In this document: piece by piece, positions 14,256 to 26,569 of the stretch
Layout of the letters: every line of letters starts with the position of its first letter
Position numbering within the stretch: position 1 is the stretch's first letter
From: Macrostomum lignano
Lineage: Eukaryota
DNA length: 64,000 nt
Assembly (NCBI GenBank): GCA_002269645.1
Contig: NIVC01001100.1
Coordinates: 294,015-358,014, forward strand
Reading direction: 5' to 3'
Notes under the pieces: generated by a model
Told to the model about the DNA's origin: nothing
The model's database searches: none
The model's input: the letters and a program-made list of their open reading frames with translations, nothing else
Translations under genes and position numbers: made by a program

Positions 14256-15244
14256 GAGCGGATTGGAAACATAAGGAAACGCCCTCATACACGAGCTAAA
14301 GCCGTTATTTTTCAGTTTTGCAAGCTGCAGAGCTCAGAGATCGGCACAGGTGCGGCAGGGAGACACAGAGTGGTCTCAGTGGGTGCACCGTCAGAGCAGC
14401 AGGTGACGCCCTTTGACCCCCGGGCTTCCTCAACTCCCAGTCGCAGTCGATAATTTGAGTCAACTTCAAATTATCCAGATTGGTCAGAGAAATCGATGGC
14501 TCTCTCTCTCTCTCTCTCAGAAGTTTTATGAGTACCTTTTTGAAGAAATTGACAAAGTTGTAAGCAACACGGGACGGGAGCGCAATTTAGGAGCGTTGGC
14601 AAATTCTACATTGTGTTAGTGTATTGAATTGAATTTGGGCAAGGTTTCCACGAAACCGTGAGGCATGTGATGATGAAATTACACGCTGGAGAGAGATGAA
14701 GCTGGGAGGCTGGCAGTATCTGGGCATTTGGGGGGGGGGGCTTGAGCCAAACATCCTGCCCACCCGTTGCTAAGTGGATTTTCTACACCCGAGCAGGTCA
14801 TGGCCGAGTCCCCAGGCCCAGACTCCTCGCTGCTGTCAGCATCCCAATTAGATGCCGAAGTTCAAGTGTTCGAATCGAGGGGGACAAATTAGATTTTTAG
14901 AGGCCCGCCTGTCTGCTCCGAGCTGCTGCTCAACTCCCTGGGCAAGGGCGCGATCTCTTAAATTTTAGCCCTAGTCTTGAGCGCTTGAACTCTCAACTCG
15001 AACTAAAGAAGAGGCCCTGAGCAGTTGTTAAGAAGCTTTTGCTAGAGAAATAGTTGCACAATTTCAATAGCTGCTGCTGCTAGGAGTACTTTTTGGAGCA
15101 ATTTAAATCCAATTTAATCTACTCGCCCGTTAAAGCGCGCGACTGAAGAAGCCTCCGCGGATGCATTCTCTGCTTGCAAAGGTGTTAGTTGCTTTTCTGC
15201 TGCGAAGTCAGAGATTCATTATCTGCTTTACGAGCCCTTTGCCT

Positions 15245-16010
15245 GCCTCTGCCTCAGCTTCTCACTCTACCTTTGCCTCTCTCCCTCTACCTCTCTATCT
15301 CATACCTCTACCTTTCCCTCTCTCTACCCCTCTATCTCATACCTCTACCTCTAACTCTCCCTCTACCTCTAATTCTCTATCTCTACCTCTACCTCTCCTT
15401 CTCCCTCTCCCTCTCCCTCTCCCTCTCCCTCTCCCTTTCCCTCTCCCTCTCCCTCTCCCTCTCCCTCTCCCTCTCCCTCTTCCTCTCCCTCTCCCTCTCC
15501 CTCTCCCTCTTCCTTTGCCTCTCCCTCCCCCTCTAACTCTCTTTCTCCCTCTACCTCTCTCTCTACCCCTCTATCTCATACCTCTACCTCTAACTCTCCC
15601 TCTCCCTCTCTTTCCCCCCTCCCCCTCTCCTCTACCTCTCCCTCTACCTCTCTTTCCCCCCTCCCCCTCTCCCTCTACCTCTCCCTCTACCTCTACCTCT
15701 CTCTCTTTCTCTCTCTCTTTCTTTCTACCTTTCCTTCTACCTCTACCTCTCTCTCTACCTATACCTTTCCCTTTACACTCCCCGTATGTTTCTAATTCTT
15801 CATGTTTTCACTTGCCCTGACAAAGAAATATAATAATTTCGAAATATCGGCAACTATTACAATTCAAACCTTTTTCTCCTGGTCTTTTTACCGTGTCTGT
15901 GCCCGGGATTGGAGGCTCTCCTCTCTCTCCCTCTCTCTCCCCCTCTCCTTCTACCTCTAGCTCTCTCTCTACCTATACCTCTCCCTTTACACTCCCCTCA
16001 CGTTTCTAGT
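15245..16010. repeat. Polypyrimidine (CTCTCC/CTCTAC)n low-complexity tract with a local duplication (15730-15795 vs 15945-16010)
   Basis: Direct reading. Confidence 0.88.
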
Positions 16011-17119
16011 TCTCTCGCAATCGCTCATTGTCCTCTTCCCCATTCTGTCTCAATGTCTGCACACTTGCTGGTATTGCTTAAACACTTAGAATTCGTTCTC
16101 AACAACGGCGCTAGCTTGTCAAGCCGAGCTATGAGTTATTGCTGCGCTAAGTTTGACAACCCCCTCCCCCGTTTTCTAATAGCGCGCTAATCCGCAATAA
16201 AGTCATTGCAGTTTCCGCCAGACTTTGCTGGCGGCTTCTCGTGCTTGTGAAACAATTTATAACCTACAGTTCCCATGCCAGAGCTTTGTTTTAGCTGCAG
16301 TTACCAGGGCGGGCTTACTCTATTTAACAACACTCTCATACACAGAAGCAGCGCTGCAGCTACCATTTCCTTGCAAAATCCAATTTCGAAACAGTTCGTG
16401 TTGTGGAATGAAGTTTTATTTCATTTTCAAGTGGCTTGGTAGCTAACTGTGTCTTTTGTGTCAGTTTTTTAAAAACAATTTTCAACTCGATTATAAACTG
16501 CAGATGATGATGTTTATCACCTCGCAGATCGGGGCTTCTTAACTTGGTCACTGAACCGGGTCACAGTGACCTCCCAGTCCTACACTTCCCCAGAAAATTT
16601 TATTGCTATCAGAGTTGAAATTGCGCAGAGTGGAGGATTTCATACAAACAAAACTTACCGCTTTGAACTGGGACAGAGACTGGCAGATCCCAGGCACGGG
16701 CATGTCTCGAGGCGACAGACAGTGTTCCAGCTGTGTTTCCCAAGTTTTCAGTTGGAGATTTCCAATTTCCGGAGAAAAGTAAATGTGCGATTCGCGCGGC
16801 TATGGGATGCTAATCAAAACTTCGAGGGGAAATGTTGAAACTAATTTCTACTCAGCTTGAGCCAGAGGAAGCCGGGCAGTTGCCTCTACAAATACTGGTT
16901 GGAGTCTCCAAGGTGGCCTGACACTGAGACGGGTTTTGAAGAGATTCTATTGGCTCTCCGTCAGCCAATCAGATGCGCTCTAGGATTTACACTAAAGAAT
17001 TTCTATTCAGAGACTATTATGGAATTCCTGACAGGAGTGTGAGCTGTGTGAATTGAAGAGGCGTTATAAGTGAAAGAGTCATAGTGTGAATATAGGGATG
17101 CTTCGTGAATATAGGAGCA

Positions 17120-17660
17120 CTGTGTGTACGAAGAGGTGTGAATAAAGTTGTGTGAATGAAGGGATGTGAATAAAGTTGTGTGAATAAAGGGATGTGAAAA
17201 AAGTTGTGTGAATGAAGGGGTGTGAATAAAGTTGTGTGAATGAAGGGGTGTGAATTAAGTTGTGTGAATGTAGGGGCGCGAATAAAGATGTGTGAATGAA
17301 GGGGCGTGAATAAATTTGTGTAAATGAAGGGGCGTGAATAAATTTGTGTGAATGAAGGGGCGTGAATAAATTTGTGTAAATGAAGGGACGTGAATAAAGT
17401 CGTGAATGAAGGGGTGTCAATATATTTGTGTCAATGAAGGGGTGTGAATATATTTGTGTGAATGAAGGGATGTGAATAAAGTTGTGTGAATGAAGTGATG
17501 TGAATAAAGTTGTGTGAATGAAGGGGTGTGAATAAAGTTGTGTGAATGAAGGGGTGTTAATAAAGTTATGTGAATGAAGAGGTATGAATAAAGTTGTGTG
17601 AATCAAGGGGTGTGAATAAAGTCTTGCGAATAAAGGATGTGATAAATCTGTGTGAATGCG
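17120..17660. repeat. Degenerate 28-bp minisatellite (GTGAATAAAGTTGT+GTGAATGAAGGGGT, two 14-bp subunits)
   Basis: Direct reading. Confidence 0.9.
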
Positions 17661-18146
17661 TGAGTACATGAATCACTCACGCGTTGCAAAATTCCCCCGA
17701 ATCGGCCCCAGTCCCATTGCTGCTCCAGAAATCCTTGAATTCTTGAAAATTCTTGCATAAAGCTGCCCACAGTTGGCCAGGATTTCCCACACAATTTGGA
17801 TCACACACTTCATTTCACTATCGGTTGATTCTGCAATCCGGCAACTGGGTCCTTCTGTAATAAAAATATCAGAGCCAAAAATTCCCAGCGAGCCGAAAGT
17901 CTGAAAAGGAATTTTTATTTTGGAGATGCTATCAGGTCAGGTTTGAGTGCTGGGAGACAGAGAAACTGCGTTGTAAATTGGAGGATTTTATTTCAGGAAT
18001 TTTGCTTTTTGTTAGGGCAAACAGAATAAAACTGCTGGAATTGTTCAAGAAAATGGAAATAAACTTTGGGCAAAAAAGTTATGAATTTAATTGCAAAATT
18101 CTACTGGCTACGACTAAGACTAACACATTGATAGAACCGCCCGATG

Positions 18147-18677
18147 AGAATCACCCGATGAGAATCGCCAAATGAGATAGATCTGCCAGATAAGAATCGC
18201 CAGATGAGAATCGCCCAATAAGAATCGCCCGATGAGAATCGCCAGATGAGAATCGCCCAATAAGAATCGCCCGATGAGAATCGCCAGATGAGAATCGCCC
18301 AATAAGAATCGCCCGATGAGAATCGCCCGATGAGAATCGCCCGATGAGAATCGCCCGATGAGAATCGCCCGATGAGAATCGCCCGATGAGAATCGCCCGA
18401 TGAGAATCACCCGATGAGAATCGCCCGATGAGAATCGCCCGATGAGAATCGCCCGATGAGAATCGCCCGATGAGAATCGCCCGATGAGAATCGCCCGATG
18501 AGAATCGCCCGATGAGAATCGCCCGATGAGAATCGCCCGATGAGAATCGCCCGATGAGAATCGCCCGATGAGAATCGCCCGATGAGAATCGCCCGATGAG
18601 AATCGCCCGATGAGAATCGCCCGATGAGAATCGCCCGATGAGAATCGCCCGATGAGAATCGCCCGATGAGAATCGCC
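18147..18677. repeat. 14-bp minisatellite (GATGAGAATCGCCC)x~38
   Basis: Direct reading. Three units give the 14-aa pseudo-repeat. Confidence 0.97.
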
Positions 18678-19264
18678 GGAACTAGATAACCACAATGAAA
18701 AATAAAAGATTTTGTTCATTCCAAGAAGAAGCAAATGTAACTTTAAACAGCAAATATTCCAATCATACTACTTACTGCCTTAGTACAGTAGACTATATCG
18801 AATTCAAAACAGCTAAATTCCAGATAACATTATAGGAAGTCGAGACCAAATAAGGCAAAGTCAGCTTAAAAGTTTCAGACGAACCAGGCGCTCAGCTCAA
18901 GTAAACAAAACCTCTTTTATAGCTTGGGGGCATTAAATTCTACGCCAGATTTGCACAGTTATTGCAGTCTGCATTTGCCAATATTGTTCTGCCTCACGCC
19001 AGCCGAGTCCAGTGAATTCGGCCAATTGCAGAGAACCAGCTCATCAATAAGGCACGAGCGGGGCTGACCAGATTTACCACTTAGCTCCTCTCTGGTTGAA
19101 GTTCTGATCCTCGGAATGGGGAAACTAATTTCTGCCTTTCTGGGAGTGTCTGCAGACGGTCTGTCCCAATGCAGCTGTGCAGATGCCGCTCACAGCCTTC
19201 TGCTTCTGAGCGTCTGCACTGGCTTCCAATCTCAATCTGATTTTGTAATACAGTACGGTAGGTC

Positions 19265-19515
19265 TCACTGTCACTGTCACTGTCACTGGCACTGTCACTG
19301 TCACTGTCACTGTCACTGTCACTGTCACTGTCACTGTCACTGTCACTGTCACTGTCACTGTCACTGTCACTGTCACTGTCACTGTCACTGTCACTGTCAC
19401 TGTCACATCACTGTCACTGCCATTGTCACATAAATGTCACTGTCACTGTCACATCACTGTCACTGCCATTGTTACATAACTGTCACTTTCACTGTCACAT
19501 CACTGCCACTGTCAC
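19265..19515. repeat. (CACTGT)n hexamer repeat
   Basis: Direct reading. Confidence 0.96.
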
Positions 19516-20519
19516 TCCCAGCCCAATCTCCCTGTTCCCATATCTTCTCATTTCGAGTTCGAGTTCTCATTTCGAACATCGGAGCCAGTCCTTGACTCAA
19601 ACTCAGCCACTCTCATTGCCATTCATCACAAGCCAACTCAATCTCAACTCCGCCCGGTCTGCTCATCCGTCATCGAAAACAGAATCCCCCCCCCAAGAGA
19701 AGTCCTCAAACTTAGCCATCATCACAAGCATCACAGATTTCATATTGCTGTTTCACTTCCGACGGCACTGTAGACCAATTAGCAGACAAAAAGCAGCACC
19801 TGCCGAGCTTCACCTACTAGCCCGGCTACCCAGCTACAAGCTGCTTTGGAATCTTCTGCTTTCAGAAGAAATGAACGACTTTCTAAAGAAAACCTGACAG
19901 CCCGAAGAAATCTCGCTACCTGTCTTTTAGCCGCTGCGTGGGCCTTCGAAGAAAAACGTTGTCTCTCTGCTTGATTTTCTTTTTTTTCCCGCCGGGATTT
20001 CCCGAAAGAAAGCATAAATGACTGCCTGTTGCTTCTTCTGGCTGCCAGAAATATTCTGAAAAATGTCGGCAGAAATGTCGACCAGCCTCCTTATGAAGTT
20101 TCTCGCCTATTTTGCGATCTTTGAAACCAATTTTTCAAGGTTTTTACTGGCAGAATGCATGGCAACAAGCCAGGTTTTGCCATAGACAGTATTCGGGTGT
20201 GACTAATCCGGTTTTAAAAATAGAAACTGAGGTTTAAAATAATTTAAAATGTCCCAGTTAATTTTTGTGGACTTAAGTGTTGTCCTTAAGTCTCTGACAT
20301 TCCTTTGCATTGGTTGAAAGGTCAAAAATAATAAAAAAATTGACTAAAGTTCAAGAAAGAAGAAATTTTCGAAACCAATACACAGCCGAGATTTTGGACG
20401 CTTTCGTGGGGTCGCTGCTTAATTGGGTGAATTGGGTATCTTCCTGATGGTAATTTTAACTGGCATTTGAAGGCTCCGCGAAGCTGACAAAATTCTGTAT
20501 GCCAAAATGTAAAATTTCC

Positions 20520-20995
20520 ATAACTCTCCCCACTCTCCCACTATTCCCCACTCTCTCCCACTCCACTCTCCCCCACTCCCCCACTATTCCCCACTCTCCC
20601 CTACTCCACTCTCCCCCACTCCCCCACTATTCCCCACTCTCCCCCACTCCGCCAATATTCCACATTCTCCTCCACTCCACTCTCCCCCACTCTCCCCCAC
20701 TCTCCCCCACTTTCCCTCACTCTCCCCCACTCTCCCCCACTCTCCCCCACTCCCCCACTCTCCCCCACTCCCCCACTCTCCCCCACTATTCCCCACTCTC
20801 CCCCACTCCGCCAATATTCCACATTCTCCTCCACTCCACTCTCCCCCACTCTCCCATAACTCTCCCCCACTCTCCCCCACTCTCCCCACTCTCCCATAAC
20901 TCTCCCCCACGCTCCCCCACTCTCCCCCACTCTCCCATAACTCTCCCCCACTCTCCCCCACTCTCCCCCACTCTCCCATAACTCTTCCCGATTGC
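20520..20995. repeat. C-rich 10-bp repeat (CTCCCCCACT)n with internal block duplications
   Basis: Direct reading. The CCGCCAATATTCCACATTCTCC block occurs twice (~20648 and ~20807). Confidence 0.93.
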
Positions 20996-21317
20996 CCCAT
21001 AGTCATGCCATACTCTTTAATCAGGTTCTGCTTCAGCAGAGATAGGAGAGCGCCGAAATGGGATAAAATCCCCGATTCTCTAGAGTGCAGAGTTCGGGCA
21101 GTCAGAGCTGCTTCAATAGGGCCATGTCTTCAGAGCAGTGCTCATGCCTTCCGCTTTTAAGAATAGCCAATTGATATTTCTTCGATTCAATGATTGACAG
21201 AGTAAATAAAAATTAGCATTTTATCTCGCCGGCTGGCGAATAGTAGGGGTGTTTATGATTTTCTATGTTTTTCAAATTGTAGCTGACAAGAGATTTCGGT
21301 GCGCTTTACGCTATTGA

Positions 21318-21652
21318 GTGAGTGAGAGGAGGGGAGAAGGGGAGAGAAGGAGAGGAGAGTGAGAGAAGGGGAGAAGGGGAGAGGAGAGAGAGAGTGAGAG
21401 AAGGAGAGAGAGAGTGAGAGAAGGAGAGGGAGAGTGAGAGAAGGGGAGAAGGGGAGGGGGAGAGGGGGAGGGAGAGAGAGGAGAGGGAGAGTGAGAGAAG
21501 GGGAGAAGGGAGGGGGAGAGGGGGAGGGAGAGAGAGGAAAGGAAGAGTGGGAGAAGGGGAGAGGGGGAGAGGTGAGAGGGAAAGTGAGAGAAGGGGAGAG
21601 GGGGAGAGGTGAGAGGGGGAAGGAGAGAGAGGAAAGGGAGAGTGGGAGAGAG
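21318..21652. repeat. Purine-rich GA low-complexity repeat
   Basis: Direct reading. Confidence 0.88.
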
Positions 21653-22402
21653 ATGCACAATCAGAGCTTAGCGAGGGTAAATATTCTATGCAATTAAAAC
21701 AAAATCTCAAAGCTTATTCTCGATACAAGACAGACGACGCAAAGTTAAAAAAGTTGAGCACTCAATAAGTGCGGAGTCCAAATTCCCAAAAACGCCTGCT
21801 GCTCATTGAAATTCTTGCAATGAAGCTTAGTTATGAACTTTTATCTGTGTATGAGGCTCAACCAAAGTCTACGTCCACGCCCAGACATTAATAAATTATA
21901 TTATTGCTAGTATGCTTTACTAATACAGTCTGGCTGAAACAACAGCCGATGCGGTCTAGCTTGAAAACCTGTAAACTGGCACCCAGTTACAAACTGCTGC
22001 AGCAGTTGCTCGACTTCATAGAGAAACGAAATCTAAACATTGCGTGCTCACAGCGCAACAGGTGTTACTCTCTGCTTCCTGCCAGCTCATTTCCGGGAGT
22101 TCCTTTCCGAGCGGGGGGGGGTGATCCTGAGCAGCAAGCGGTGTTGCTCATGAGGTCCAAACACTGTCAGCTCCTGACCTAGGCTACTCCTGAAATCTTG
22201 AAAAAATGATCTGGTCTAACTTTTTATCAATTAACCCACAGGTCAGAGCTGGGGGTTAGAGTAATAAATAGACCAAAATTAATAAAGTTTTATGACCTCG
22301 GGGCAGCGTCTTTTGTTGAAAAGAAAAAAACGGGACGAAAGCTTTATGACTTCATCATTCATGGAGGTAACGACTGTGTCTGGCTGTGTAAAATGTGTGA
22401 GG

Positions 22403-22708
<306 letters not shown>

Positions 22709-23186
22709 TGCGTATTATATTTCAAAGTGTCGCTATCAACTGCTGTTGGTGATTAATCATGCCAGAGGGAGAAGCTGGGAGGGAAGATTGCGCCCAAGGC
22801 AGGAGGCTCGGCTACAGTTACAACGCTCATACCACACCAGCGGTATTCAGCCTCTGCCTGTATTTTGTCCTCAGCAAGATGCCCCTGTCAAAAGCATTCT
22901 TGAACGCTGCAGTACACGGAGACCGTTGAAGCGGACGTTCTGACTAAAAGGCTTTGTTATCATTGAACGCTTTAAAAGAAGTTTTTACGGAAGCAGAAAT
23001 ACCTCTCTGCTGCTTTCTGCACTCCATCTGCTATACTTTATCATGCATTGCCATGCTTTACACGTCTAAACTGGAAGACTGTATCTGGTAGGATGTTTGC
23101 ATGTAAATTTTATACGTGGTCAACGTACTTCTGTTGTGTAGATACAGATACACTCGGAGAATATGAGGGCCTACTAAATAGAGAGG

Positions 23187-24450
23187 GTTGTAGCCTAGTG
23201 GTTGGAGCGTCGGACTCACGACTTGAAGGTCGGAGGTTCGATACCTGATCCCGCTGGAACAACGTGTATCCTAAATTTGTGCCAGCATTAGCTGGGGTAA
23301 TTGAGGGTGTGTGTGGCGATGCCCCAGTCCTTGGACTGAACGCAGCCTTCAGATGTGTCGCGCAACACATTAGGCGGAGGGATCAGGCCAGAGAGGAATG
23401 CCTGAGGAGGTCGACCCACCCCAGAGAGGGCTTCACCAGAAAGAGACACCCGCCGTGGAGACGGCTACATTTGGACGGCGTCGTGATCGCTACGGAGCTT
23501 ATTCGCGGAGGAAAGAAGGGTGACAGCAACCTCGCCGCAGAGACGATCGACACCATTAACGCCTGGGGCGAATTCGAATTGTCAATCTACACGGATGGGT
23601 CTGTTGGAGAAGGGCAGCGTAAGGGTGGTGCAGCTTGTGTCGTGTACTTTGACACGGAGAGACGCGTCAAGAAAGCGGCGGCCGGGGAGTGGTGCAGCTC
23701 CCTGGTTGCGGAGGAGCGAGCCCTGGAGCTGGCACTGGATACCATTGCGGAGGCCAAGCCGCGAAATGCCATCATCCTGACGGACTGTAAATCGGCCCTC
23801 CTCAAGCTCAGCAGCGAGAAAGCTACCCAGGATACCACGTCGTACCGCCTGATCAGTAGACTCCGTGAGATTAGCCAAGTTACCAGAGTGGTGCTGCAGT
23901 GGGTACCCGGTCATGTTGGTGTCGCGGGCAACGAGGATGTCGACCAGGAGGCTAAGGAAGCAGCGGCTCTACCGCAGGACGACGTCCCCGTCAAGTGGAA
24001 CTGTGTAAAGGCGGCCATCAGGAAGGAGCCGGCGCCCCCGCCCTCTGATGAGCGTCTCCGTAGGGTCTACAAGCACAAAATTATCAAATGCGCTGAAAAT
24101 CGTAGCACGGAGACCACACTCGCCCAACTCAGATGTGGTCAATGCAAGAAGACGGCCTACTGGCGACAAAAAATCGGTGCTGAGGCAAAGGCGAGTTGTC
24201 AGGACTGCGGTGAGGAAGAGGACAAGGACCACTGGGTGTGGTGCGACAGGTGGCATAAGGAGAGGGCGCGTTTTGGTATTCAAGGTCTGGAGGATCTGGG
24301 AGATGAAGCGAAGGTGCTAGGGTTCCTGAAGTGCACGCACCCTGAGTGGGTGCAATGAGGGAACCCGCCCAGCCGAAGACACACACACACACACAGCTGC
24401 GGCTGAGCTGTCGGTTGCACATCTGCCCATTGGGGCAGGTGTAATCAATT
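23187..24450 (+). mobile_element. SINE family A copy split in two (23187-23365 and ~24395-24450) by a LINE insertion; lacks the CORE block
   Basis: The A/B boxes start at 23191. The SINE body stops at ..CGCGCAA and resumes at CAGCTGCGGCTGAGCTGTCGGTTGCACATCTG..GTGTAATCAATT, exactly the next bases of the intact 27577-27885 copy. Confidence 0.85.
23366..24395 (+). mobile_element. 5'-truncated non-LTR retrotransposon (I-group type) encoding the ORF2 C-terminus: RNase H plus CCHC knuckle, with a (CA)n tail
   Basis: ORF 23264-24358 has YTDGS..AEERA..ILTDC.SA..LQWVPGHVGVAGNEDVD.EAK.AA (all four RNase HI acidic residues), then LAQLRCG and CQDCGEEEDKDHWVWC. The stop is followed by a short UTR and (AC)8. 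Confidence 0.85.
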
Positions 24451-24477
24451 CTTACGATTACTGGTAGAGAATAAGGG

Positions 24478-24843
24478 ACTACCCAACTCATAGTAGGATC
24501 TACTCAAATAAAAGTAGGGTCTTACTCAATTAGGAGTAGGGTCTACTCAAATAAGAGTAGGATCTACTCAAATAAGAGTAGGGTCTACTCAAATAAGATT
24601 AGGGTCTACTCAAATAAGAGTAAGGTCTACTCAAATAAAAGAAGGGTCTTTTCAAATAAGAGTAGGATCTACTCAAATAAGAGTAGGGTCTACTCAAATA
24701 AGAGTAGGATCTACTCAAATAAGAGTAGGGTCTACTCAAATAAGAGTAGGGTCTACTCAAATAAGAGTAGGATCTACTCAAATAAGAGTAGGATCTACTC
24801 AAATAAGAGTAGGGTCTACTCAAATAAGAGTAGGATCTACTCA
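24478..24843. repeat. 21-bp minisatellite with an internal hairpin (GAGTAG-G(G/A)T-CTACTC-AAATAA)x~17
   Basis: Direct reading. GAGTAG and CTACTC are reverse complements. Confidence 0.95.
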
Positions 24844-26029
24844 ATGGAGACTATGTTCTACCAGTACGAGCGTACTCGTACCAATCGATAGCAATACTGT
24901 CCCTAAATCATAGATCAGAATTGGCTAAACCAGATTAAATGATACCTAACAGTAAATAATAATGCTGCTAATCTATCAATAAAATTTATGCGGATTCATA
25001 TACCGTCAGTTGTATTTCTCTGGTCAGTTTCTATGAAATCCTAGACTGTAGAATGTCGGTCAATTGATGAACTGAAGGAGAAGGAAGCAAGTTTTCCTCG
25101 CTTAACATTTCTTCCCGAAGAAAATGTTTTCGGTGCCATGAATCACGCAGAACTTTCTGGGTACTTTTGCAGCCTAGTTTGCTGCAGAGCTTGTGGTCTG
25201 ATAACATCTGCTTTCAACCATCATGCATGTGAAAAAGGCATTAAACAAAAAAACTCGTTATGTTTCAACTCAAAGAATCGTGCCCAATGATCCAGTTATA
25301 ACAGCAAGATATTTATTTAAGATATTTATTGAAGCTAATTTTAAATCAAAATATTATATTTCATTACAGTAAATATGTTTTTTAGGAAGAAAAAGCAGAG
25401 AAAAGGTTGCAGACTGCATTGACTACAGCGGTGTTACCATGCAGGATTCTTGCAATAGTTTAAACAAATGAAATCGTTTTTCATTAATTTCTTTGTCATG
25501 CTAGATAAACAAATAGAAAACAACACATTTAGAAGAGGTTTTGGCGAGTAACCTTTTATATTCTTGGATTTCTTGTATGGGAAACTGACCTTGTTCTGCT
25601 TTGGAAAACATCGTGTGTTTCAGAACCTCCCGCCTCTCTCTCGCGGTTCTTTCTGCACTTTCAAAGCTTTCATTATTGGCTCTGCCGTGGCATTCCGCTG
25701 GCTTGTTGTTTTATTGCCAAGGAAATCCGAGCCTGAACTGCGGGTAGCGCACATGCGGGCCACTTAGACTCGCTCAATAGCTTTGCGGCGCTGTCTCATT
25801 GAAAGCTTTCGCAAAAAACTTTTTTCCTCTCCAGCCAGCGCGTGACCGTCAAGTTTTGAGTTGGGGGAGAAATTTGAGACGATTCATCAAGAAATTTTCG
25901 TCACCGCTGCCATCGTGAAAATTGGGAAATTTTAAGAATTTGCGAATTCATCTGCTCGCGAAAAAAAACTCTTTCATCATATTGTTTAAATAGTACAAGT
26001 ATGAGTCGAACTCAATGCTAAACGCGTAG

Positions 26030-26480
26030 GGCCTCGTAGGGAGCCCTAGAACTACTTTAAGCTGCGGCCGTAGAAAACCCGAAAATCGAATTGACCTTCA
26101 AACGAACCCGTAGAGAGCCCGAAAACTTCAAGCTAACATCGTAGAGAGCCCGAAAGCGTTAAAACTACGATAGTACTAGTAGAAAGAAAGCACAGCACAT
26201 CAAGCTACGGTCGTAGAGAGCCCAAAAAGTTTCAGCTTTCAAGCTATGAAGAGATTAAAAAGCCTAAAAACTACGAGCTACTGTCGTAGGGAGCCCCATA
26301 AACTCCAAACTACAACCGTAGAGAGCCTGAAGCCTTCAAGATAACATCGTATAGAGCCCAAAAGCATTAAAACCACGACAGTGGAGAGAAACCCCATCAA
26401 GCTACAGTAGAGAGGCCAAAAAAATCAGATTTCAAGCTACGCTCGTACAAAGAAATTAAAAAGCCTAAAAACTTCAAGCC
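26030..26480. repeat. Highly degenerate tandem repeat (CGTAGAGAGCCC.AAA..TTCAAGCTA core)
   Basis: About 9 recurrences of GTAG(A/G)GAGCC at irregular spacing. Confidence 0.7.
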
Positions 26481-26569
26481 TCTGGACGTGCAGTTGCACA
26501 CAGTGAGACAGATACATTTCTTCTACACCTGATCCATACTACATAGCCTAGGCTAATAGCTCGATAACC

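Noticed and set aside
20158-20188. 15-mer GTTTTGCCATAGACA identical to 54691-54705 of the recombinase element
   Set aside because: One or two chance 15-mer matches are expected within 64 kb, and there is no extended homology.
23187-23260. tRNA-like sequences with A/B boxes (also ~11170-11240, 27250-27326, 27810-27885, 49520-49590)
   Set aside because: Each continues into a shared SINE body and lacks a full cloverleaf acceptor stem, so they are SINE heads, not tRNA genes.
24478-24843. CRISPR-like palindromic repeats (also the 42-, 37- and 96-bp arrays)
   Set aside because: Units are head-to-tail with no unique spacers, there are no cas genes, and the context is eukaryotic.
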